Source of the DNA: a virus
Lineage: Duplodnaviria; Caudoviricetes
IMG/VR virus record: IMGVR_UViG_3300021387_000301
Coordinates: 3,273 to 67,272 of that record
DNA length: 64,000 nucleotides
Reading direction: 5' to 3' (one strand)
Shown: positions 48,401-56,871 of the stretch, piece by piece
Layout: each line of letters begins with the position of its first letter
How positions within the stretch are numbered: position 1 is the first letter of the stretch
Translations under genes and position numbers: made by a program
Notes under the pieces: model-generated
Database searches by the model: none
What the model was told of the DNA's origin: nothing
What the model saw: only the letters and a program-made list of their open reading frames with translations

Positions 48401-49248
48401 TAAGTTCCACGTATATGTATTTCAGCACGGTATCTTTTACCACCAAGAACTTTACCGTCACGCCTACCGAGAGCGGCTGGGCATATCCTGTGTGGGGTTT
48501 TGCGTCGAGCAGTTCCAACAACAACGTACACCTTACCTACCTTGCCATAGAACCCGACGAGCCGCATGTGCCTATGGTGGCCGTGGACTGGCTGACAGGC
48601 TATGCTCACTTTGGAGGTGACAGGATTCGTTTCAACCCCGACGGCAGCGGCCACGTAGCTGGAGGAAACCTTAGATGGGATGTCAATGGCAATATGAGAG
48701 TTAAGCATACCTTTGCGTTATGTAAGATAGTAGGCTCTACCGCCACATCATCACCGCAGACGTTGCCGCTTTTGGCCTCTCAGAAAGGCTCTGACTATAC
48801 CACATGCTTTATGGAGAACGTAGCTGCGTCGAGCGGCATTGATGGCGATGTGAGCGACTACCTCCCTTCGCGCATTTCGCTTTACTACCCCTCCAACTAT
48901 TATGGGGCGTCATACTCGCGTGCTACATGCTCAGTAATCTTACCTCCAGCAACAGATTATATCGGCTTGGAGATAGAGATTATGGCGAAAGGCAATGATA
49001 GTGGGTGCTGTGAGTTCTGCATACAGGGTGGTTCAAGCAGTAGTCTTGTGCTGTTAGACCCCAACCTCAACAATCTCCCCTATGGCATAACCATCAATGT
49101 GGATGAGAGAAGCGGACGTTCATCATATACGTATGACGGCAGCGGCTCTTCATTCGTCCGACTCCTTGCCGTTTCGTTTGAGACGGATGGCACGAATTAC
49201 TACGGCTGGATGGTTATGGATTCACATAACGCATATATCGGTTCTTAA
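45421..49248 (+). CDS. long tail fibre protein
   Basis: 1275 aa, Thr/Ser-rich, short collagen-like GxxGxxG hinges. Confidence 0.75.
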   Translation: MSATKTISNSFVVTTVEDGVSQPYYIETQETWSNVASVANSSTEPSPNAGWFNYTPAKGSWTYLWRRSRTMTLNEETREYVAGPWSYQRLSGENGTSISVKGTVATINDLPTTHADGDAYVVEADRHLYMWSSEAGRWLDIGEFKGESGKTYYTHIAWATDVTIGGNVPSKPTGQTTTPNASSVTGFTVSPVDGCKWIGVMVNETVADSTTGTLYTWQESKGEDAVTYFITANQSNMTILSDETSVTNSITARLWRREGETSSLYSAYLGIYTQNVNGTRTSVASATNSSITASVTADTSTKCVEVYAWETAPSTSEIANPSTYLARVEISVTKHGDTGPMGESNIQLTLDNVQDTVVIDTLGTMLIPANVTIAKLWDGHTQITDTTKMSFDAYLNGRDIINDTSGAFRIVNNGPQTSGGVYIGNEFEFENLEALTPDSYRIEIGCTYNGVRYTAIWGINIIQGDDKYEVEITPDNVAFNTSAGTPSSVTASVRIYHIDATQERTQITSLPGSQWRLRYYTSSATPSYDQGGNLTLNSGVWTFNLTASNLRTYNYYQVALWYVDRNGNYAIADIDTIEFIKAANGADGVTYEILPNIESITIPSDQSSTTVDLSAQFVKRVSDGTTSSVNLNTVVAYRNTDGTYPSSVILRVNNVPGFSSPGTQITNAAQAVVIFTYPLNVTPTASNYTTVWTNKREIPVISNGNTGGQGPKGDIGRGYYYDGEYDSSKTYELTATQAPYVSYNGSYWLRVGEDGSTTTDVPSSSSADWSIMTNDFKYLITEAMFTDFAKLGSAIFNRDWMYSQYSNSLTFIYSGSYTASAQSWTQIGSTFEVKQGVKYSVFITCRCTTSSGAVFQVFYGSSSGAGRLHATGTTSSIYTLNFVGEQDGEANIRVYANANVTCYVTRIALDINGNYTDISPSFMNNDTLVLYDNSVNMTSVYNTSTSTTYTPIVNAPVYLVAGKSYKVVATARKNASTSSTLYVRMRWVGTSTNVSSTYMYFSTVSFTTKNFTVTPTESGWAYPVWGFASSSSNNNVHLTYLAIEPDEPHVPMVAVDWLTGYAHFGGDRIRFNPDGSGHVAGGNLRWDVNGNMRVKHTFALCKIVGSTATSSPQTLPLLASQKGSDYTTCFMENVAASSGIDGDVSDYLPSRISLYYPSNYYGASYSRATCSVILPPATDYIGLEIEIMAKGNDSGCCEFCIQGGSSSSLVLLDPNLNNLPYGITINVDERSGRSSYTYDGSGSSFVRLLAVSFETDGTNYYGWMVMDSHNAYIGS

Positions 49249-49259
49249 CAACTACTATT

Positions 49260-49613
49260 ATGAAAACAATCTTCAACAACCTTATTCCCTTCAAGGGCTA
49301 CAAATGCCTTGCCCTATGGCCGTTCATCTTCGTGCGCAAGGACAAGAGCGATGTCTATATGGCCGTCGATGAGCGCCACGAACGCATCCATCATAGGCAG
49401 CAAATCGAAATGCTCTTCCTGCCGTTCTTCCTTTGGTACGGAGTGGAATACCTAATCCGCGCCGCCCTCTACCGCGATTTCAAGGATGCCTACTACAATA
49501 TCTCTTTCGAGCAGGAGGCATACCTAAAGCAGTATGACAAGGAGTATCTGGGCAAAAGGAGGCTTTTCTATTGGATGAAATACCTGACTAAGAGGTCGTT
49601 TTCTAAGCGATAG
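49260..49613 (+). CDS. HExxH-containing membrane-associated protein
   Basis: HERIH motif, hydrophobic segments, FEQEAY. Confidence 0.6.
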   Translation: MKTIFNNLIPFKGYKCLALWPFIFVRKDKSDVYMAVDERHERIHHRQQIEMLFLPFFLWYGVEYLIRAALYRDFKDAYYNISFEQEAYLKQYDKEYLGKRRLFYWMKYLTKRSFSKR

Positions 49614-49685
49614 TCGGGAAAACGCTTGCAGTCTCTTTGACGAATAGCTACCTTTGTGGCAAATATATTAACAAAAACAAAGGAA

Positions 49686-50180
49686 ATGCACGAAATATTC
49701 GATGGTTTAGGTATAATGGCGATGGTCTCCGTCATTGCGATGTTAATAGTAATCGTCGCGATGGCGGTTGATCTCGTCAGCGGCGTTCGCAAGGCCAAGA
49801 TACGCGGCGAAGCGAGAACGAGCTACGGGTTCTCCCGAACGCTTACTAAGTTCCTCGTCTATGAGGGGATACTGATCGTAGCCGTGTGTATCGACGCACT
49901 GCTGCATTTCGGCCTTTGGCAGTTCGGCGCAGGGAACTACGTAGTGCCGTGTACCGAGGTCATTATGGCCGTGGTTCTCTGCGGAGTGGAAATGTGGAGC
50001 GTCCAAGAGAAAGCCGAGGCCAAGGAACGCAGGAGAATGGCCAAGCTGGCCGAGAAAGGTGCCGCCCTGCTCGACAAAGAATCGCTGAGGGGTATTCTGG
50101 CCGATGTCCTGCGCGAATATCTCGTCAAGCGCGACAACAACGAGGTAAGCATCATAGAAGAAAACGTCAATCTTGAATAG
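49686..50180 (+). CDS. holin
   Basis: Three hydrophobic segments, DLVSGVRKA and RTLTKF motifs, charged C-terminus; promoter TACCTTTG at 49649. Confidence 0.8.
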   Translation: MHEIFDGLGIMAMVSVIAMLIVIVAMAVDLVSGVRKAKIRGEARTSYGFSRTLTKFLVYEGILIVAVCIDALLHFGLWQFGAGNYVVPCTEVIMAVVLCGVEMWSVQEKAEAKERRRMAKLAEKGAALLDKESLRGILADVLREYLVKRDNNEVSIIEENVNLE

Positions 50181-50187
50181 TCCCAAT

Positions 50188-50622
50188 ATGAAACTGATGG
50201 TCACTTCCAAAGACGGCCTCGCCCTCATCAAGAAATATGAGGGCCTGCGCCTTAAAGCATATAAATGCCCTGCGGGGGTGTGGACTATAGGCTATGGCCA
50301 CACCAAGGGAGTGAAACCCGGAATGACGATAAGCCAGGAAACGGCTGATTTGTATCTCCGGGCTGATGTGGCTCCGATTGAGAAACTGCTCAACTCCCTA
50401 AAGATAAATTTCCGTCAGGGGCAGTTCGATGCCCTCGTCTCCTGGATATTCAATCTCGGCAGCGGCAACTTCAACAGCAGCACGCTGAAAAAGAGAATCG
50501 TCGCAGGAGCAAAGGACATTGAGATTATCGCCGAGATAAAGAAATGGAACAAGGCAGGCGGCAAGGTGCTTCCGGGTCTCGTCAAACGCCGAGAGGAGGA
50601 GGCTGCGACATGGATGCTTTAG
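50188..50622 (+). CDS. endolysin, GH24 lysozyme
   Basis: IKKYEGLRLKAYKCPAGVWTIGYGHT and GLVKRREEE. Confidence 0.92.
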   Translation: MKLMVTSKDGLALIKKYEGLRLKAYKCPAGVWTIGYGHTKGVKPGMTISQETADLYLRADVAPIEKLLNSLKINFRQGQFDALVSWIFNLGSGNFNSSTLKKRIVAGAKDIEIIAEIKKWNKAGGKVLPGLVKRREEEAATWML

Positions 50623-50747
50623 GCCGCATCGAAGCACGTAACTGCCGCGAGTGCCAGCACAGCCACGAACTGCTCAACGGCACGTACTGCATGTTCCTGA
50701 GTATGTATGTAGAGTATAGCATCGGTAAGCCATGCTGCAACGGATAA
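50610..50747 (+). CDS. small Cys-rich protein
   Basis: 45 aa, CRECQH...C...CC. Confidence 0.5.
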   Translation: MDALGRIEARNCRECQHSHELLNGTYCMFLSMYVEYSIGKPCCNG

Positions 50748-50755
50748 GACATACT

Positions 50756-51163
50756 ATGAGAGAATCCAATGGTTTCGCGGCCGTCTTAGCCGCTATCTTT
50801 ATTGTGCTCCTATCTGTGATTATGTGCGGGTGCAAGAGCACTAAGACCGTGACCATGGAGCGCGTCAGGGTCGACTCGGTGTATATTACCAAGGAGCAAC
50901 GCGACAGCATCTATATGCACGATAGTATATATGTACGCGAGTACGCGCGCGCGGAGAGTGTCTTTATCGAGATTCAGAAACTACACACCGTCTATAGAGA
51001 CCGAACCCGAACGGACACTATCCTGCAAACGCGCATCGACAGCATACCAGTACCATACGAGGTAGTCAAGGAGGTTGCCAAGCCGCTTAGGTGGTGGCAG
51101 AAGACTTTGATGTACCTCGGTGTCATTTCTATAATTGGGTTAATTATATACATAAAAAGGTAG
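50756..51163 (+). CDS. unimolecular spanin candidate
   Basis: N-terminal lipoprotein signal (MCGC) and C-terminal TM helix, in the lysis cassette. Confidence 0.65.
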   Translation: MRESNGFAAVLAAIFIVLLSVIMCGCKSTKTVTMERVRVDSVYITKEQRDSIYMHDSIYVREYARAESVFIEIQKLHTVYRDRTRTDTILQTRIDSIPVPYEVVKEVAKPLRWWQKTLMYLGVISIIGLIIYIKR

Positions 51164-51210
51164 TTTGCATTTTTGCTTGTTTCTTTTTGTTTGGTTCACA
51201 TGGTTATGAT

Positions 51211-52479
51211 TTAGTTTTGGGAATCCGTGGTCTGCGAAGATCGCGGATTTTCTTTGTACCTACCCTCAAACTTGTTAAGGAACTCCACTACCCTATAGAT
51301 GGCGGCATCTATCTTCCGTTGGTCGTGCGAGATATAGCGCGACGTTACCTGCTTGCCTGATGCCCAAGCGTGGCCGAGGCATTTTCCTATCGTGCTTTCC
51401 GATATATCGAGGTCATTGGCCGCTACGCTTGCAAAGGTATATCTCGCGCTGTAGGAGGTTATACAGGGGAAAATAGGGCTTCTCTCTATCTTGCGCAGCT
51501 TGCCCAGCTTGTCGGGAACCAAGCGTGACGGCCCTATCTTCTTCAAGGCCGCGTTCCAATGCTGCATAAAAGTGTGATAGTCCTTCATATTATCCATAAT
51601 ATTCAGCAGATAATTCTCGCCCTTGTACTTGTTGATGATAGCCATAGCCTCCGGGCAGACTGGCAGGCTAATCTTGCGTGATTTCGTGGAGTTCGCCTTG
51701 TCCGTTTTCCTGCGCACGAACACGAAACGCCCTTTCTCCAGACCCTTGCACAGCAGCATATCACCTACATTGACGCCTGCGAGGTATGTGGAAAGGCAGA
51801 ACATATCTATGTATATCTGCTGCCACGGCTCGCAGGGATAGTCGCGCAGATCAGCGAACTCCTGCGCCGAGAGAGCGTTGGGTATCGTTTCTTCCTCATG
51901 AATCTTGTACCCGTCACGCCCCCGGAAAGGATAGTTGTCCGTCAAACCCTGCTCCCTGCACCAGTTGAAAACGGTGCGGATGCAGCGCATTTTCTGCGCG
52001 ATTCCGTTCACTGAAAGACCCCGTTTTTCCCTAAGCCAAACTTCTAATTTACTCAGCCAAGGCTCGCGGGTTGAATCAAGGCACGCTGTCGGGTCGAACT
52101 CGCGCACGCGGTCGCTGGTGTTCCTATATAGAACAGCCGTGCTTTTCTTCAATCCTTCGGCGTATTTCGCGCAGTAGTAAGCAAGAGTGTCGGTCTCGCA
52201 GACGTCGCGCTCCACGCCGTCTATATCTGCTTTTATACTATCTTTCAACTCGTTAAGGGTCACATTGGGTTTTCTGCAACATATACGATCCAGCCTGTCA
52301 ACTATCCATGCGAGCTGCTTTGTTTTGAGCATCTGCTGCTGGCTGACAATGCTGCTTTCTGATGTAAAACCAGTGGCGATTAACATTTTTTTACCGCCAT
52401 TGAGAAGGCGTATCTTTATAGGGTATGAACCGTCCGCCAGAGGGCGTCTTGTATCTATAAAAAGGTCGTATTTTGTCAT
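51211..52479 (-). CDS. int: tyrosine integrase (Bacteroidota type)
   Basis: Arm-binding N-terminus DGSYPIKIR; RKT, YSAR, LGH and catalytic Y in VTSRY. Confidence 0.9.
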   Translation of the reverse strand: MTKYDLFIDTRRPLADGSYPIKIRLLNGGKKMLIATGFTSESSIVSQQQMLKTKQLAWIVDRLDRICCRKPNVTLNELKDSIKADIDGVERDVCETDTLAYYCAKYAEGLKKSTAVLYRNTSDRVREFDPTACLDSTREPWLSKLEVWLREKRGLSVNGIAQKMRCIRTVFNWCREQGLTDNYPFRGRDGYKIHEEETIPNALSAQEFADLRDYPCEPWQQIYIDMFCLSTYLAGVNVGDMLLCKGLEKGRFVFVRRKTDKANSTKSRKISLPVCPEAMAIINKYKGENYLLNIMDNMKDYHTFMQHWNAALKKIGPSRLVPDKLGKLRKIERSPIFPCITSYSARYTFASVAANDLDISESTIGKCLGHAWASGKQVTSRYISHDQRKIDAAIYRVVEFLNKFEGRYKENPRSSQTTDSQN

Positions 52480-52491
52480 AAATCTTTACAA

Positions 52492-52835
52492 TTTTTTGCA
52501 CCAATTTTGCACGCTCATTTCTAAGTTGCTAATTTTGGTAGTTTTACCACGGAAAAATTTGCACCAAATTTGCACCGCTTGCTCAAAATTTGCACAAAAG
52601 CAGCCCAAAAAAGCCTAAAAAAACCCATTTCGAACACTTTTTTTTTAAGACCAAAGTGCTGGAAATGGGGAAAAATTCTCCTGTAAATACTTGACATACA
52701 GGATTTAATAAGTGAGCGATAGACGGGACTCGAACCCGCGACCCTCGGCTTGGGAAGAGGATATTCGCATATTTAACTGCTTGATTATCAGTTATTTGCG
52801 AAGGCCGTTTCATAAATTTGCACCGTTTTTGCATT
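52492..52835. repeat. integrase arm-type site candidates (TTTGCACC)
   Basis: TTTGCAC(C) near 52495, 52506, 52558, 52569, 52589 and 52817, flanking the core. Confidence 0.6.
52714..52757 (-). other. attP core, 3' half of tRNA-Gly(CCC)
   Basis: Minus strand CTTCCCAAGCCGAGGGTCGCGGGTTCGAGTCCCGTCTATCGCTC: anticodon loop CCC, T-arm and acceptor strand, no 5' half. Confidence 0.85.
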
Positions 52836-52872
52836 GTTCTATAATGATTTGCTATTAAATTACCACGAATTA

Positions 52873-53511
52873 TCACACCCTGAGCAAACCGACAACTTTG
52901 TATATTCCGAAAATATCTGACTTCGGAATTAGGAAGTCGGGGTACTCTTCATGGTTGTAGGACACGCACCTGATTTGATTGCCTTCGTCATACAGCCTTT
53001 TGAGTACCGTACCCTCTCTGGCCTCGACGAGGTAGGTCTTGCCCCACTCGACCATACTACTTACTTTCTTGCAGGCGATCTCGTCACCGCCTTCAAACTT
53101 AGGTTCCATTGAGTTGCCCTGCACGATGATTGTAAAGTCATATTCAGGGAAACTCTTCACTACTGGCTGGAATGAGCACTCGGACATCCTCACGCCATGC
53201 ACATACTCTTGGATGGGGCCTGCGGCAGCGGTAATAGGCAGGCGCGGCTTGATGCTGCGGGTTGCCTCTTCATCCTCTTTCCTGCCGTAGTCGCCCTCTC
53301 CAAATTCAAGCCATTCGTAGGGCACATCGAAAGTGTCGCACACCTTCCTGATGTCTGCCAAAGTCCACGGCTGCTTGCCTCGGACTTTCTTCGACAAGTT
53401 GCTCGGAGAGATACCAACCTTCTTGCCGAACGTGGTGAGAGAGATAGACTTCTCAAAAATGAGCTGTTTAATCCTCTCGGCGATTCCTCTTTGGTCAGTT
53501 AGCTGTTTCAT
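52873..53511 (-). CDS. CI-like repressor (HTH + S24 peptidase)
   Basis: HTH N-terminus, GNSMEP catalytic Ser, VLKRL Lys, AG cleavage dipeptide. Confidence 0.9.
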   Translation of the reverse strand: MKQLTDQRGIAERIKQLIFEKSISLTTFGKKVGISPSNLSKKVRGKQPWTLADIRKVCDTFDVPYEWLEFGEGDYGRKEDEEATRSIKPRLPITAAAGPIQEYVHGVRMSECSFQPVVKSFPEYDFTIIVQGNSMEPKFEGGDEIACKKVSSMVEWGKTYLVEAREGTVLKRLYDEGNQIRCVSYNHEEYPDFLIPKSDIFGIYKVVGLLRV

Positions 53512-53515
53512 TTTG

Positions 53516-53684
53516 TTAAATTACCACGATTTTAGTTAATTGCAGTTAAATAATTACCATAAATTACCAACGTTTTGCCATAACCATTACCTTTGCAGCC
53601 GTGTTTTGATGATAAATACAACACATGAGGCAGGCTGGCGCGGAAGTAAAACAACCGCACTTTGAGTGTAGCGACACAAAGATA
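53516..53684. promoter_or_regulatory. lysis/lysogeny control region
   Basis: AATTACCA repeats at 53516-53570; TACCTTTG on plus (53588-53595) faces TATCTTTG on minus (53677-53684). Confidence 0.65.
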
Positions 53685-53751
53685 GGTAAAAGTCTGCGTT
53701 TCAGCCTCCTTTGTGTGTTATAATTAACTATAATTAAGTATAATTAAATTT

Positions 53752-53988
53752 ATGAGAGCCGAAAAGCTAAGTACAAGTGACATAATCGGTATCGGAAGTT
53801 TCGGGAAGTTGGTAGTAGAACTCCCAAGCTATGCTGCTGTGGAGTCGGCCAAGAATCTTGTGACCCGTGCCAAGGCCCGTCACCCCAGAGCCGATGGTCT
53901 CACATACACTACCTCCGTAGACAAGACGACAAACACCATCGTCATTGAGGTGGTCCGCCCGGAAGATGTCAACCGCAAAAATAAGTAA
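53752..53988 (+). CDS. hypothetical early lytic protein
   Basis: 78 aa, first gene of the rightward operon. Confidence 0.65.
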   Translation: MRAEKLSTSDIIGIGSFGKLVVELPSYAAVESAKNLVTRAKARHPRADGLTYTTSVDKTTNTIVIEVVRPEDVNRKNK

Positions 53989-53991
53989 GCA

Positions 53992-54837
53992 ATGGAAAGC
54001 AGCATTCAAATCTTCAAGAACGACCAATTCGGCGAAATCCGAACCGCAGGCACGGCAGACAATCCTATGTTTTGCCTGAGTGATATCTGCAAGGTGCTGG
54101 ACTTGCAGACGAACAAAGTGAAGAATCGTCTAAGCGAGAGGGGTGTGCATTCAATTCCTACCCCTACCCAAAATCAGTATGGAGCTGAGGTTGTGATTGA
54201 TATGCTTTATGTCAATGAGCAGAACCTCTACAAGGTTATTATGCGAAGCGACAAACCGCAGGCAGAGCCGTTCCAAGATTGGGTATGTGGCGAAGTGCTG
54301 CCCAGCATCCGCAGGACTGGCGGCTATATGGTGGGCAGGGTTGATGATACTCCCGAAGAGATTATGGCGCGGGCTATTCTCGTAGCGCAGGACACCATAG
54401 CACGCAGGGACCAACGCATCAAGGAACTGGAGTTGAAAGCCAAAGAAACGAACAGTAAGTTAATAGAGGCCAACAATCAGGTCGAGGCATTGTCTGCTGA
54501 GATTCAGTCGATGAAACCGAAAGTGACATACTACGATATGATACTCAACAACAAGTCCACGGTGCTGACAACCCAAATAGCCCTTGACTACGGCCTCTCG
54601 GCAAAGGCTCTCAATCAAAAGCTCTACGAATTGAGGGTGCAGCACAAGGTCGGCGATCAATGGATTTTGTATGCCCCTTATATCTCCCACGGCTATATGC
54701 ACAGCAAGGCCGTAGAGATAATACGGAGAGACGGCCGTCTGGATGTCAAGTACAACTCCGCTTGGACGCAGAAAGGCAGGCTGTTCCTCTATGACATCTT
54801 GAAGAAATCAGGCATCCTGCCGCTCATAGAACGATAA
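53992..54837 (+). CDS. antirepressor (BRO-N + KilA-C/ANT)
   Basis: FGEIRT...PMFCLSDICKVL, FQDWVCGEVLPSIRRTG, WTQKGRLF. Confidence 0.88.
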   Translation: MESSIQIFKNDQFGEIRTAGTADNPMFCLSDICKVLDLQTNKVKNRLSERGVHSIPTPTQNQYGAEVVIDMLYVNEQNLYKVIMRSDKPQAEPFQDWVCGEVLPSIRRTGGYMVGRVDDTPEEIMARAILVAQDTIARRDQRIKELELKAKETNSKLIEANNQVEALSAEIQSMKPKVTYYDMILNNKSTVLTTQIALDYGLSAKALNQKLYELRVQHKVGDQWILYAPYISHGYMHSKAVEIIRRDGRLDVKYNSAWTQKGRLFLYDILKKSGILPLIER

Positions 54838-54862
54838 CCAACCAACAAAACAACAAACAACA

Positions 54863-55081
54863 ATGACACAAGGAAAGATTATTGAATTGACAAGCCCTTG
54901 GCTGACTACGAAAGGCGTGATGAAATACCTCGGAGTGAGCCGTGATTGGGTTGACGACCGCAGGGAGAGCGGAGAACTCCCCTACTCCATCGTCGGCCAT
55001 ACGGTTTTCGTCAAGGCCGCTGATGTCGATAGGCTGATACAGCAGAACAAAGTTCGCATCCGCAAGAAAATCCGATGTTAA
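54863..55081 (+). CDS. excisionase-like HTH protein
   Basis: WLTTKGVMKYLGVSRDWV...GELPY. Confidence 0.75.
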   Translation: MTQGKIIELTSPWLTTKGVMKYLGVSRDWVDDRRESGELPYSIVGHTVFVKAADVDRLIQQNKVRIRKKIRC

Positions 55082-55084
55082 GCC

Positions 55085-55390
55085 TGAGAATCGGCCATCG
55101 GGTACAAAACAAATAAGGCAGCGGTAAGCCTCAAACCGCGTTCGGGACCGGCCAAGCGAACTGAAACGAAAAGGGCAAGGCAGAGAGCGTAAGCGATAAG
55201 CCGTCCAACTACAAGACGGAGGAAGAGCCGAGGTAGCAGCATATAGCGGGAAGGACATCCGTGAAAGCTGGAGTTAAAAGGAAGTAGCAAGTCTAAATGG
55301 CGACGAGGCTCGTGAGGATAGCACGAGAAGAGCCAACCTTGCAGCCTCAACAAGAAGCCTTAATGCCACCGTTGCACGTCCAAAGTCGTG
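55085..55390 (+). ncRNA. putative structured non-coding RNA
   Basis: Several hairpins in a 300-nt intergenic gap of the early operon. Confidence 0.4.
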
Positions 55391-55397
55391 ATTTAAA

Positions 55398-55586
55398 ATG
55401 CAGATGGGGGCTTCAACTATGACATGGTATGACAAATCGACCGAGATAGCCGCTAATTTGGCCTCTAAGCGCCTCTCCTGTCTAAAAGGCAGCGAGCACT
55501 GGGAGAGGATAATTGACGCGCTCAGGGAGGCTGCGCTTGAAGGCATACGCTATGAGTGCGACTCCTGGGTCTTAAAACGAGTTTAG
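55398..55586 (+). CDS. hypothetical protein
   Basis: 62 aa; start may be MTWY. Confidence 0.55.
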   Translation: MQMGASTMTWYDKSTEIAANLASKRLSCLKGSEHWERIIDALREAALEGIRYECDSWVLKRV

Positions 55587-55589
55587 TAT

Positions 55590-55994
55590 ATGAAACACGA
55601 ACAAGTTATCTACGCACAAATCCCTTCGAAATCCAATCAATACAGGATTATCAACCTTCACGGCCACGGTTCTTTGGCTAAGACCAAGGCTATGAAAGAA
55701 TACGAAGATAAATTCTATCTCCAGTGCGGTGCATATCGGAATAGGAACATACAAGGGTTCTTTGAACTCTATATTGATGTCTATTTCCAAAGCAACCAGC
55801 CCGACCTTGACAACTGCTTAAAGGGAACGCTTGACTGTCTCCAAGGATGCAAGGCTATCAAGAATGACCGCAACTGCGTTAAGATAGTGGCGAACAAGTT
55901 CATCGACAAAACCAACCCTCGCATAGAGTTTACCCTCGTCGAGGTAGGCGGCGTCACCGAAAAGAATACAACGATTCCGACATTGTTTGATTGA
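55590..55994 (+). CDS. rusA: RusA-like Holliday junction resolvase
   Basis: PSKSN and PDLDNCLKGTLDCL signature. Confidence 0.8.
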   Translation: MKHEQVIYAQIPSKSNQYRIINLHGHGSLAKTKAMKEYEDKFYLQCGAYRNRNIQGFFELYIDVYFQSNQPDLDNCLKGTLDCLQGCKAIKNDRNCVKIVANKFIDKTNPRIEFTLVEVGGVTEKNTTIPTLFD

Positions 55995-56178
55995 TTAAAC
56001 TTTACTCATTTGGTTTTTTAGTTAATTGCACTTTCCAATTCTCCTGTTTTCACTGAGCCGTGAGGCACGGTAAAAACACTCACATCATCTTTTTATCTGT
56101 GATCGTGATTCTACCAGCTTGGCCGTGAGGTTAGGCTGGTTTTTCCAGAACATTTTCAACCCTTAAATAACAACAAAA

Positions 56179-56868
56179 ATGGCAAAAACAACAAACAATC
56201 AGCCACAGGGCGACAACCTGCGGTACTACGAGAAATTGCGCGATGTGCCTGCAAACGCTATCAAGCAAATCGGCGCAGGCCGACTGAAAGGTATGTCGGA
56301 CATCAACCCCGTCTGGCGCATTAAGGTTATGACCGAAACTTTCGGCCCCTGCGGCATCGGATGGAAATACGAAATCACCAAGCAGTGGCAGGAAATATTC
56401 GGTCAGGAAGTCAAGGCTTTCACCAATATCAACCTCTACATCAAGGTAGACGGCGAATGGAGCGACCCTATTCCGGGCACTGGCGGCGCAACCATTGTGG
56501 AGATCAACTCCAAGGGCTACGCCTATGTCAACGATGAAGGTTACAAGATGTCCTTGACCGATGCTCTCAGCGTGGCAATGAAATCCCTTGGTGTTGCTGC
56601 CGACATCTATTACAGCAAGGACAAAGGGCAGTTCGACACCAAGTATGAGCAGCAAGCCTATGTGGCACAGCAGCCTGCATCGGCCCCCGCAGCACAGCCA
56701 CAAGCACAAGCCAGCGCGGAGCAGGTCATTGCAGAAATCAATGCTGCGACAACGCTGGAAACTCTCACGGCTATCTATCGCAAGTACCCACAATGGCAGC
56801 GTGACGCCAACTTCACGGGCGCGCTGACTGCGAGGAAAGACCAAATCAAGAACAACGGAAAATCGTAG
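56179..56868 (+). CDS. Rad52/Sak-like single-strand annealing protein
   Basis: SDINPVWRIKVMTETFGPCGIGW and KMSLTDAL. Confidence 0.75.
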   Translation: MAKTTNNQPQGDNLRYYEKLRDVPANAIKQIGAGRLKGMSDINPVWRIKVMTETFGPCGIGWKYEITKQWQEIFGQEVKAFTNINLYIKVDGEWSDPIPGTGGATIVEINSKGYAYVNDEGYKMSLTDALSVAMKSLGVAADIYYSKDKGQFDTKYEQQAYVAQQPASAPAAQPQAQASAEQVIAEINAATTLETLTAIYRKYPQWQRDANFTGALTARKDQIKNNGKS

Positions 56869-56871
56869 GCT

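Noticed and set aside
20874-49248. Apparent GATC under-use and possible stop-codon reassignment
   Set aside because: GATC sites do occur and depletion cannot be judged without counting; genes read fully under code 11 and all three stops are used.
51420-51470. Integrase YSARY in place of HxxRH as a sign of inactivation
   Set aside because: Tyr at the first His position is common in Bacteroidota integrases, and the catalytic Arg, LGH and Tyr are intact.
52714-52757. Complete tRNA gene
   Set aside because: The D-arm and 5' acceptor strand are missing; it is better explained as attP.
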